In this document: positions 8,586 to 19,100 of the stretch, piece after piece | How positions within the stretch are numbered: position 1 is the first letter of the stretch | Layout: each line of letters opens with the position of its first letter | NCBI GenBank assembly: GCA_031263105.1 | Contig: JAISGJ010000220.1 | Coordinates: 1-33,272 of the forward strand | Source: Coriobacteriales bacterium | GTDB taxonomy: Bacteria > Actinomycetota > Coriobacteriia > Coriobacteriales > UBA8131 | Direction of reading: 5' to 3' | DNA: 33,272 nucleotides | Program-made: the position numbers and the translations under genes | The notes under the pieces: model-generated | Seen by the model: only the letters and a program-made list of their open reading frames with translations | What the model was told of the DNA's origin: nothing | Databases searched by the model: none

Positions 8586-10004
8586 TCACCTCATAAAAAT
8601 GACGCCGAACGTGGGGTACTCCGTACTGCTGAGCGAACAGACGCTGAAGTCCAGGCGGTCGCTGGTGTTCCCGCAGTACCATAGGTCGCTCTCCTCCACC
8701 TGGCTGACCAGTCCCAGGTGGGCTATCCGGCCCTGGCTGTCATAGAGCAGAACCACGCAGCCGGGATACGCCTCACGTATCAAAGAGTCACGCCCCTCGT
8801 AGGTGTTGTCGTAGGATTTCTCCTCCATACCGCGATTCTTCGTCCAATAGGAGCAAAAGTCGCTGGTCCGACAAAATGCCGTGCTCATGCGATACAAGGG
8901 CGGAGATTCGACCTCTCCTAGAATGCTTGAGCTGTACCAGCTTTGCGGCGCATTGTCCACGACCAGGCGCTGCCCGGCCTGCGGCGGCGGCGAGTCGTCC
9001 ATCGCAAGGCCGCCGGCCACCAGGCACTGCGAGACGAAGGAGGTGCAGTTCTGGTCGGTCTCGGCATAGGCGCGATTGCGGCTTTTGACAAAGCGCCGGG
9101 CGTAGGCCACGGCAGCATCCGGGTCGTATCCCGCATCGTCGGCGCTGCTGAGCCCGCTGCCCAAGGTCGGGGCGCGTTCAGGGCCTTGTTCGGCAGCCGG
9201 AGCGGCTTGGACGACCGTGCCGCTGCCGGAGCCGTCGCCCGTGCCGCTCCCCTCGCCCGCGCCGCTCCCCTCGCCCGTGCCACCGCCACCGCCTCCGACA
9301 CTGCCGCCACCGTCGCCAGCAGCTGAGACGATAGGCTGCTCGGCGATGCTGTGGGCCGGACGAGTGCCCAAGGCACCGTTCGCCACAGCCTTGCTGGCCG
9401 CCAGATACTCGCGGGCAGCCACTGCGGCACCCTGGTACACGATGAGGTCGGCGTTGATGCAGCCGCCTTCCATGCCCAGGCAGCGCATCAGGTATCCGGC
9501 CCGCCCGGCATACTGCTCCTGGGTGCAGAAATAGAAGCTGGCGAGAGGGAACGTCGCCTGCGCCCGGCAGAGGCTGTCCCACGTGCTCAGGCCTTGGGAG
9601 TCGACCCAGATGTCTTGGGCCGGTATTCCGTCGCCCAGCAGATACGCGCACATCGACTCGGCCTCCTCCGGCCCGCCGCTGACCAGAATCCCTCCAACCA
9701 GATGGCCACGATACAGGTCGATGGCCCGGTTCAGCCGACCGGCCATTGCCAACGACGGACTATGGCCCTCCCAAGCAGCACCCGGCACGATGACCACATC
9801 ACGCCGAGGCAGCTCATCGGCATATTCGTAATACAGGAGGCCTTCCAAGCCATCGTCCTGCACTGAACGATAGCATGCCCAGGTCGCCGTCAAAACAAGC
9901 ACGGCAAGTGCCAAAACCGCAGCCGCCGCAATGACGGCGCGGCGCTTGCCCCGCTTTCGTCTCCCCGTTGTTTCGACCGGCTCCGTCAAAGCACCCTCAT
10001 TCAC
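8586..10004 (-). CDS. membrane-anchored SanA/YdcF (DUF218) domain fused to an Amidase_6-like domain
   Basis: N-terminal TM helix. VIVPGA...RL..A..LY....ILVSG...EA..M...G.STW.S...RE.LA matches DUF218. Gly/Ser linker. YD.DAAVAYA...NCTSFVSQCL.AGG...H matches the putative amidase domain. Confidence 0.75.
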   Translation of the reverse strand: MNEGALTEPVETTGRRKRGKRRAVIAAAAVLALAVLVLTATWACYRSVQDDGLEGLLYYEYADELPRRDVVIVPGAAWEGHSPSLAMAGRLNRAIDLYRGHLVGGILVSGGPEEAESMCAYLLGDGIPAQDIWVDSQGLSTWDSLCRAQATFPLASFYFCTQEQYAGRAGYLMRCLGMEGGCINADLIVYQGAAVAAREYLAASKAVANGALGTRPAHSIAEQPIVSAAGDGGGSVGGGGGGTGEGSGAGEGSGTGDGSGSGTVVQAAPAAEQGPERAPTLGSGLSSADDAGYDPDAAVAYARRFVKSRNRAYAETDQNCTSFVSQCLVAGGLAMDDSPPPQAGQRLVVDNAPQSWYSSSILGEVESPPLYRMSTAFCRTSDFCSYWTKNRGMEEKSYDNTYEGRDSLIREAYPGCVVLLYDSQGRIAHLGLVSQVEESDLWYCGNTSDRLDFSVCSLSSTEYPTFGVIFMR

Positions 10005-10130
10005 CGCTCTGCTCCCAATAACCCCTACATAGTATCAGACCTCTGCGGGACTACGGGCAATCGATGACGCGGCCCATGGAACCGCCCGCCTCTCGTTGCC
10101 GCAGGACACTATGACCCAAGCCCTTCCAGC

Positions 10131-10545
10131 GTTCACACCCCCACTGTCATCCCGAGCCTGTCGAGGGATCCTCGACCGCGCAAGCGGTCGACTGCGGTCG
10201 GGAGGCGTTTCGACCTGCGGTCGGCTGCTTCGCTCTCCATGGGCCGGGCGGCCCGTCCTCGCTAAGAACAGTCCGCCGGACTGTTCTCCGGGCGCTCGGG
10301 CCCGTGGGCCTGTCGGTTCCATGGGCTCACCCGCTCAGGGGCTCATACGCTGCTTCGCAGCTTCGCCCGGAAACAGCGCACCGCGCTGTTTCCCAGTCCG
10401 CAGGACTGTCGCGCCGTCCTCGCTGAAAACGCGATGCGTTTTCCGGGCGCTCGAACCCTAGGATTCCTCGGCAGGCTCGGCATGTCAGTGGGGGCTCGGA
10501 CTGTCAGTGGGGGCTCGGAATGACCGTGGGGGTGTGAACGGTAAC
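10131..10545. mobile_element. MITE copy 3 (long form, extra hairpin cargo)
   Basis: Left end GTTCACACCCCCACTGTCAT lacks the outer 6 nt. Right end GTGTGAACGGTAAC. Flanks are CTTCCAGC (10123-10130) and GTTCCGGC (10546-10553). The paralogous empty site has a single GTTCCAGC at 20128-20135. Confidence 0.85.
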
Positions 10546-10610
10546 GTTCCGGCACGGATGTGCGACCGGACTTGCGGCGACGGCCCTCGTCCGGCTGCGG
10601 GCCGATGGGG

Positions 10611-10616
10611 TAGAAT
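10611..10616 (+). promoter_or_regulatory. putative -10 box (TAGAAT) upstream of hsdM
   Basis: Conserved in both copies of the duplicated leader (second copy at 20193-20198). No clear -35 was identified. Confidence 0.45.
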
Positions 10617-10780
10617 GGACCTGCGGTGTTTATAGGGGGGATGCCTGCGGGGGCAATGCTGTGGAAGGGCGTCGCGTGGGCACAGAGCGGTAGCGGGCCC
10701 ACAGCGCAGGCAACAGGGCGACCTATAGCGACCCGGGGCTATTCGTTGGCAGAGAGGTGCCACATGAGGAGGAATGAGCA

Positions 10781-12280
<1,500 letters not shown>

Positions 12281-12353
12281 TTTCAACGAAAAACTCTCGC
12301 CACTGGTGAGAGAAAGATGATTATTCAACTTAGTGGCTTTAGAGGAGGGAGTC

Positions 12354-12701
12354 ATGACATCTGACAATTCCGAGATTATCATCTATCGCTCCTCAGACGG
12401 CGAGGTCAAGGTGGACTGCCGCCTCGACGGGGAGACGTTATGGCTCTCCCAAGCGCAAATCGCGCAGGTATTTGGGCGGAGCGTCAGCGTCGCTTCTCGG
12501 CATATCAAGAACATATTTGCCGAGGACGAGCTTGCCGAAAAAAGCAATTTGCAAAATTTGCACATTCCAAATTCCGACAGGCTGGTTATTGCAGAATTTG
12601 CAATAACCACTCGACACGGCGCAATGAAGGGCAAATCGCAAGAACATGCCATGATGCACTATAACCCTGACGTCGTCTGCGCGGGAGGTGAGGAGGAATG
12701 A
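12354..12701 (+). pseudogene. rhuM: truncated RhuM-family N-terminal fragment, apparently chimeric
   Basis: IIIY...DG.VKV...LDGET.WLSQAQIA..F.......SRHIKNIF...EL is the RhuM N-terminus. The ORF ends at YNPDVV, before the conserved IISVGYRV. Its stop overlaps the hsdS1 start. Confidence 0.65.
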
Positions 12702-13837
12702 GAACCGAACGAACAGCTCACCAGTTGGCTGACATTATCGACCTTATCGGTGGCGGAACACCGAAAACCAGCATTCCTGAATACTGGGACGGTGAAATTC
12801 CGTGGCTTTCAGTCAAGGACTTCAATAACGATGACCGCTACGTGTATTCCACTGAAAAGTCCATAACCCAAACTGGCTTTAACAATAGCTCTAGCAAGAT
12901 GTTGGCGCACGACGACATCATTATTTCAGCTCGCGGCACAGTGGGCGAACTGGCGATGATTCCGTTCCCGATGGCATTCAATCAGTCTTGCTATGGGATA
13001 AGGGGCAAGAAGGGCGCTATCTTGCAAACCTACCTCTACTATTTATTGAAGGACAGTATCCGACTTCTAGAAAACCAGACACACGGTTCGGTGTTTGACA
13101 CTATCACGCGGAACGCTTTCGCCAACATCAAAGTGAACCTGCCGATGATTCACGAACAGCAGACAGTAGCTGACACCTTAACCGCTTTGGATGACAAGAT
13201 TGCTGCCAACAAGCGTATAAATCATCGTTTAGAACAGATGGCGCAGGCCATCTGGTCGGAGCGATTCGGCGGACTCGAGCCAAACGGCAAGTTGGGTGAA
13301 GTCATTGAGATTTTTGACTCCAAGCGTGTGCCACTTTCCGGCAGTCAGCGTGAGAAAATGGATAAAACCTATCCCTACTACGGCGCAGCTGCACTTATGG
13401 ACTACGTCGACGACTATCTGTTTGATGGCATCTACCTTTTGCTTGGCGAGGATGGAAGCGTGATTGATGATTCGGGCTTCCCAGTACTTCAGTATGTCTG
13501 GGGTAAATTCTGGGTCAACAATCATGCACATATTCTTCAAGGCCGAAACGGCTTTACTGTAGAAAGCCTCTATGTTCTCTTGAGTCAAACTGGCGTAGCA
13601 TCGATTATTACCGGTGCTGTGCAACCCAAAATCAATCAAGCAAACCTCAAGGCTCTCGAAGTGGTCATCCCGTCCAGAAATGAGATGGTTCAATTCAACG
13701 ATACGGTCGACTCGCTTTTCGTGCAGATTCGGAATCATCACGACGAGAACCTCCGTCTTGCCGCCCTGCGCGACACCCTCCTGCCCCGCCTGATGTCCGG
13801 CGAGCTGTCGGTCGCGGACGCAGGCGTTAAACGATGA
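12698..13837 (+). CDS. hsdS: Type I R-M specificity subunit HsdS1 (two TRDs)
   Basis: TRD1 (GGGTPKT...YW.G.IPWLSVKD), central conserved region LDDKI..N..INHRLEQMAQAI, TRD2 (YPYYGA...WVNNHAH...GAVQPKINQ), C-terminal LRDTLLPRLMSGEL. Confidence 0.95.
   Translation: MRTERTAHQLADIIDLIGGGTPKTSIPEYWDGEIPWLSVKDFNNDDRYVYSTEKSITQTGFNNSSSKMLAHDDIIISARGTVGELAMIPFPMAFNQSCYGIRGKKGAILQTYLYYLLKDSIRLLENQTHGSVFDTITRNAFANIKVNLPMIHEQQTVADTLTALDDKIAANKRINHRLEQMAQAIWSERFGGLEPNGKLGEVIEIFDSKRVPLSGSQREKMDKTYPYYGAAALMDYVDDYLFDGIYLLLGEDGSVIDDSGFPVLQYVWGKFWVNNHAHILQGRNGFTVESLYVLLSQTGVASIITGAVQPKINQANLKALEVVIPSRNEMVQFNDTVDSLFVQIRNHHDENLRLAALRDTLLPRLMSGELSVADAGVKR
13217..13253 (+). repeat. site A: ATAAATCATCGTTTA core within a 37-bp direct repeat (partner 15437-15473)
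   Basis: Exact 37-bp match to site C, in frame (offset 2220). The core has TAAA/TTTA arms around the asymmetric 6-bp spacer TCATCG. Confidence 0.9.
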
Positions 13838-13842
13838 TTTAT
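13760..13842 (-). repeat. hsdS 3' direct repeat (82 bp, 1 mismatch vs 16052-16133) ending in inverted site B TAAACGATGATTTAT (13828-13842)
   Basis: 13828-13842 is the exact reverse complement of 13217-13231 and overlaps the hsdS1 stop codon. Confidence 0.9.
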
Positions 13843-13895
13843 TGCTCCTTCTGCCAGTGCATAATGCATTTCTTATCGAAACGGCAGGAGGAGTT

Positions 13896-14888
13896 ATGAA
13901 GGACAGGTTGATAACTGAGATTCAGGCACGTATGGCGTTGATGTTAACGCAGGCGCAACTGGAGGAGCTACGGCGGGTGCTGACGCACAGCCTCCACAAC
14001 GTGGAAGTTTCGGAGCGCAAAGCCCCAGACCCACACGAAGCCGCCGAGAATGGAGGGTTGTTGGACGTGTTTATCGCTGCGAAACGGATTGAGGGCTGTT
14101 CGGAGAAGTCGCTGAGATACTATACCGCGACCATCCGTGCGATGCTCGGCACCGTAAAAAGGCCCGTGCGCGAAATCGCAACGGACGACCTGCGAGGCTA
14201 TTTGGCAAGCTACCAGAAGGAGCGCGGCTCCTCCAGAGTGACTGTGGACAACATGCGGCGAATATTCAGCAGCTTCTTTGGGTGGCTGGAGGACGAGGAC
14301 TACATCCTCAAAAGCCCCGTGCGGCGCATCCACAAAGTCAAGGCGGAAAAGACCATCAAGGAGACCTTTTCCGACGAAAGCCTAGAGCTGCTCCGCGATG
14401 CCTGCGAGGAAATCCGCGACCTCGCGATGATAGACCTGCTCGCCTCAACGGGGATGCGCGTGGGCGAACTGGTGCAGCTGAACCGCGCAGACATCAACTT
14501 CCACGAACGGGAATGCGTGGTCTTTGGCAAAGGCGGCAGCGAGCGAGTGGTCTACTTCGACGCCCGGACGAAAATCCACCTGCTGAACTACCTCGACAGC
14601 CGAAGCGACAACAGCCCCGCACTGTTCGTGTCGCTGCCCCTGCCCCACGAGCGCCTGCTCATCGGCGGCGTGGAGACACGCCTACGCGAAATCGGCAAGC
14701 GAGCTGACATGCAGAAAGTACACCCCCACAAATTCCGCCGCACCCTCGCCACCCGCGCCATAGACAAAGGAATGCCCATCGAACAAGTGCAGCGGCTACT
14801 CGGTCATGTCAAAATAGACACGACCATGCACTACGCTATGGTCAACCAAGCAAACGTGAAGAACTCGCACAGGAAATTTATCGGATGA
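13896..14888 (+). CDS. site-specific tyrosine recombinase (Xer-like) inside the hsdS locus
   Basis: N-terminal SAM-like domain. Catalytic R (TGMRVGEL), HxxR (HKFR), H (LLGH) and Y (TTMHY). RBS AGGAGG before ATG 13896. Confidence 0.95.
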   Translation: MKDRLITEIQARMALMLTQAQLEELRRVLTHSLHNVEVSERKAPDPHEAAENGGLLDVFIAAKRIEGCSEKSLRYYTATIRAMLGTVKRPVREIATDDLRGYLASYQKERGSSRVTVDNMRRIFSSFFGWLEDEDYILKSPVRRIHKVKAEKTIKETFSDESLELLRDACEEIRDLAMIDLLASTGMRVGELVQLNRADINFHERECVVFGKGGSERVVYFDARTKIHLLNYLDSRSDNSPALFVSLPLPHERLLIGGVETRLREIGKRADMQKVHPHKFRRTLATRAIDKGMPIEQVQRLLGHVKIDTTMHYAMVNQANVKNSHRKFIG

Positions 14889-14902
14889 GGGAGGCGGACG
14901 AA

Positions 14903-16129
14903 ATGAGCAAATGGGAACGGCTTGCGCTTGGGGATGTCGCAGGCATCAAGCACGGTTACGCCTTTAAAGGCGAGTACTTCTGCGACGAACCTACGCACTT
15001 TTTGCTCTTGACTCCGGGGAATTTTATGATTGGTGGGGGCTTTCAGGAAAAGCCGAAATTCTATAACGGTCCTATTCCCGAGAGTTATGTTCTTGCAAAA
15101 GACGATTTAATCGTCACAATGACTGATTTGAGCAAACGAGGCGATACGCTGGGTTATTCGGCACTTGTTCCCACAAGCAACCGCTATTTACACAATCAGC
15201 GCATAGGTTTGGTAACAATGAAGAATTCCGAGGTATTAAAGGAGTTCGTTTACTGGCTAATGCGAACTTGGGACTATCAAAGGTTCATCATAAACCATGC
15301 TTCTGGTAGCACGGTAAAACACACATCCCCTAAGACAATCTTGTCTTACGAATTTGCGGCTCCCCCTATTGAGGAGCAACGAATAATCGTGGCAACGTTG
15401 TCTGCCATAGATGACAAAATCGCCAACAACAGGGCGATAAATCATCGTTTAGAACAGATGGCGCAGGCCATCTTCAAATCATGGTTCGTGGACTTCGAGC
15501 CGTGGGGCGGGAAGATGCCGGATGATTGGCGGGAAGGCACGATTTCCGATTTGGGCGATGTCATCGGTGGCAGTACGCCGTCCAAAGCAAAGCCCGAATA
15601 TTACGCCGAACATGGTATCGCTTGGATTACACCCAAAGATTTGTCTATCAACAAGAGCAAGTTCATAGCTCGCGGAGCAAATGACATCACGGAGTTTGGA
15701 CTTCGCAACAGTAATGCACGTCTGATGCCGCCGGGAGCTGTCCTTTTCAGCTCTAGGGCACCTATCGGTTACATTGCCGTAGCGAGTGGTGAAGTCTGCA
15801 CCAATCAGGGCTTTAAGTCCATCGTTCCGAAAGAGACCGTTGGCACGGCTTTCGTTTACTGCTTCCTGATTGAGAATCTCCAAACCATAGAGAGCATGGC
15901 TTCGGGTTCGACTTTCAAAGAAGTATCGGGCACAACAATGAAAGGCATTCCCGCTGCTATTCCCACCGATGACACATTTCGCCGCTTTCAAGAAGAGTGC
16001 ACCTCCCTTTTCGAGAAGCAAGAACTTCTGGAAGCAGAGAACGCTCGCCTCGCCGCCCTACGCGACACCCTCCTGCCCCGCCTGATGTCCGGCGAGCTGT
16101 CGGTCGCGGACGCAGGCGTTAAACGATGA
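14903..16129 (+). CDS. hsdS: Type I R-M specificity subunit HsdS2 (two TRDs; alternative start 14885)
   Basis: TRD1 (HGYAFKG...PGNF), the same central and C-terminal conserved regions as HsdS1, and TRD2 (GGSTPSK...WITPKDLS...SSRAPIGY...NQGFKS...GSTFKEVS). Confidence 0.95.
   Translation: MSKWERLALGDVAGIKHGYAFKGEYFCDEPTHFLLLTPGNFMIGGGFQEKPKFYNGPIPESYVLAKDDLIVTMTDLSKRGDTLGYSALVPTSNRYLHNQRIGLVTMKNSEVLKEFVYWLMRTWDYQRFIINHASGSTVKHTSPKTILSYEFAAPPIEEQRIIVATLSAIDDKIANNRAINHRLEQMAQAIFKSWFVDFEPWGGKMPDDWREGTISDLGDVIGGSTPSKAKPEYYAEHGIAWITPKDLSINKSKFIARGANDITEFGLRNSNARLMPPGAVLFSSRAPIGYIAVASGEVCTNQGFKSIVPKETVGTAFVYCFLIENLQTIESMASGSTFKEVSGTTMKGIPAAIPTDDTFRRFQEECTSLFEKQELLEAENARLAALRDTLLPRLMSGELSVADAGVKR
15437..15473 (+). 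repeat. site C: second copy of the 37-bp central repeat with the ATAAATCATCGTTTA core
   Basis: Identical to 13217-13253. Confidence 0.9.
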
Positions 16130-16133
16130 TTTA
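16052..16133 (-). repeat. second hsdS 3' repeat ending in inverted site D TAAACGATGATTTA (16120-16133)
   Basis: 73 bp identical to 13769-13841. Ends in a 14-bp reverse complement of the core. Confidence 0.9.
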
Positions 16134-16178
16134 GCACTTTCGGGCTTGACGACGGAATGAAGGAGGAGGACGTAGCCG

Positions 16179-19100
16179 ATGCCACAAGACACGTACAGAT
16201 ATGCACACTTCACCGAAGCTCACTACGAGAACGCCGTCATAGAGGTGCTCCGCGACACCTTGGGCTACGGCTCTGTCTACGCGCCTGACCTGGAGCGGGA
16301 TTACACCGACCCGCTCTATGTGGACGAGTTGCTGCCTGCCTTGCGCAAAATCAATCCCAAGGTGCCGGAGGCGGCGCTTGCGGAGGCGGTCTACAGGCTG
16401 CGGGACTTCGAGGGCGGGACGCTCTGGCAGAAGAACATCCGGTTCATGGACTACCTCCAGAACGGAGTGCCCGTCAACTATCACGACGGGGGCGAGCAGC
16501 AAGCGGAGCTGGTCAACCTTGTGGACTACGAGGACGTGGGGCGAAACACCTTCACCGTCGCCAATCAGTGGACGGTTGTCGAGAACAGCGAGAAGCGTCC
16601 CGATGTCATCGTCTTCCTGAACGGCATGCCTATCGTAGTGTTTGAGCTCAAATCGCCCTCCCGGGAGGAGACCGATGCGAGCGAGGCGTACCGGCAGCTG
16701 CGCAACTACATGCAGGAGATACCGTCGCTGTTCGTCTACAACGCCTTCTGCGTCATGAGCGACCTTGCCACGTCCAAGGCCGGCACCATCACTGCCGAAG
16801 AAGACCGCTTCATGGAGTGGAAGACGAAGGACGGCAGCTACGAGAACACGCAGCACGCCCAGTTCGACACCTTCCTTGAGGGGATGTTCGACAAGGCGCG
16901 GCTGCTCGATATTGTCAAGAACTTCATCTGCTTCTCCGACGACGTGAAGATTCTCGGCGCGTACCACCAGTACTTCGCGGTGCGCAAGGCCATCGACTCC
17001 ACCCAGAGTGCGTCAGGGACAGACGGGAAGGGCGGCGTGTTCTGGCACACGCAGGGCAGCGGCAAGTCGCTCTCGATGGTGTTTTACGCGCACCTGCTGC
17101 AGGAGGCCCTGAACTCGCCGACCATCGTGGTCCTCACCGACCGCAACGACCTTGACGACCAGCTCTTCGAGCAGTTCTCCAAGTGCGCCGACTTCCTGCG
17201 GCAGACCCCGGTACAGGCGGAGAGCCGCGAGCACCTGAAGGAGCTTCTTGCCGGACGACGGGCCAACGGCATCATCTTCACCACCGCGCAGAAGTTCGAG
17301 GAGTCCGACGAGCGCCTTTCCGAGCGCAGCAACGTCGTCATCATCGCCGACGAGGCCCATCGCAGCCAGTTCATCGACCAAGCCGTCGACAGCAAGACGG
17401 GCAGGGTCAAAAAGACCTTCGGCCTCATCATCCGGGAGAGTCTGCCGAACGCCACCTACATCGGCTTCACGGGAACGCCGATATCCAGCAAGGACCGCAG
17501 CACCATCGAGGTCTTTGGCAACTACATCGATGTCTACGACATGACGCAGGCCGTCGAGGACGGCGCCACCCGCCCCGTCTACTACGAGAGCCGCGTCATC
17601 CATCTGAGGCTCGACGAGGACATCCTGCGGCTCATCGACGCCGAGTACGACCTCATGGCACAGAGCGCCGAGCCTTACGCCATCGAGAAGAGCAAGAAGG
17701 AGCTCGGTCGCATGGACAGCATCCTCGGTGCGGAACAGACCTTGGACGCGCTCTGCGAGGACATCGTGAGACACTACGAGGAGAACCGGCAGAACGAGCT
17801 CACGGGCAAGGCGATGATCGTCTCCTACTCCCGCCCGATCGCAATGGGCATCTACCGGAAGATACTCTCGATGCGCCCTGCCTGGGCAGAGAAGGTCGGC
17901 GTGGTGATGACCTCCAGCAACGACGACCCCGAGGAGTGGCACGGCGTCATCGGCAACAAGCGCCACCGCGACGAGATGGCCAAGAGGTTCAAGGACGACG
18001 ACGACCCCCTGAAAATCGCAATTGTCGTGGATATGTGGCTGACCGGCTTCGACGTGCCGAGCCTCGCGACGATGTACCTCTACAAGCCGATGGCCGGGCA
18101 CAACCTGATGCAGGCCATCGCCCGCGTCAACCGCGTCTACAAGGACAAGGAGGGCGGCCTGGTCGTCGACTACGTCGGCATCGCCTCCGCGCTGAAGCAG
18201 GCGATGAACGACTACACGAACCGCGACAGGCACAACTACGGGGACACCAACGTCGCCAAGACCGCATTGCCGAAGTTCGTTGAGAAGCTCGAGGTCTGCC
18301 GCGACCTGATGCACGGCTTTGACTATTCGGTCTTTATGAGAGACTCTGCGTCCGACCTCGACCGGGCAAAGACCATCAGCGGCGGCGTCAATTTCCTGAC
18401 GGCGGTGGAGCCGCTGCCCCGGCCTGCCGCCACTCCGACCGACGTCATCGGCTCGGACGACTACTTCTATGCGGACAAGGTGGCCGAGGGGGCGTTCGGG
18501 GCGCCGTTCGCGCACAAGGCCCTGAAGGCCTCGCCCGATGAGCGCGAGACGCGCAAGGACAGCTTCATCAAAGAGGCGATGCTGCTGCGCCAGGCCCTGT
18601 CGCTTTGCCGCAGCCTGCTGACCCCCGCGCAGAGGCTCGAGGCTGCGTACTTCGAGGCGGTGCGCACCTTGCTCACGCGCATCACAGGCGAGGACAAGCC
18701 GCTCTCGCTCAAGGACATCAATGCTCGCGTCAACGAGCTCCTCAAAGCGAGCATCCGAAGCGAAGGCGTCATCAACCTCTTCTCGGACATCGACACGGGC
18801 TTCTCGCTGTTCGACTCCCAGTTCCTCGAAGAGATCGCCAAGATGAAGGAGCGCAACCTCGCGGTGGAGATACTCAAGAAACTGCTCGCCGAGCAGATAT
18901 CCCTCTACCGCAGGACGAACCTCGTCAAATCCGAGAAGTTCTCCGAGATGCTTTCACGGGCAATGAAGGCCTATCTCAATGGGATGCTCTCCAACGAAGA
19001 GGTCATCGCCGAGCTGATGAAGATGGCGCACGAGATGCAGACCGCCCACGAGGAAGGCTCCGCGATGGGCCTGACCGACGAGGAACTCGCCTTCTACGAC

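Larger units (their letters stand above)
10071..10698 (+). repeat. left copy of a diverged ~200-bp direct repeat (R-M leader), interrupted by MITE copy 3
   Basis: 10071-10130 plus 10546-10698 align with 20076-20280. 30 of 32 nt are identical at the left edge, and both share CGGCCCTCGTCCGGCTGCGGGCCGATGGGGTAGAATGGA. Confidence 0.85.

Noticed and set aside
12294..12312. Hairpin between hsdM and the rhuM stub as a terminator
   Set aside because: Short stem with a G:U pair and no U-tract on the sense strand, too weak to call.
13896..14888. Integron integrase or prophage/ICE integrase
   Set aside because: No attC-like cassette array and no phage or conjugation genes. Its candidate sites lie within the flanking hsdS genes.
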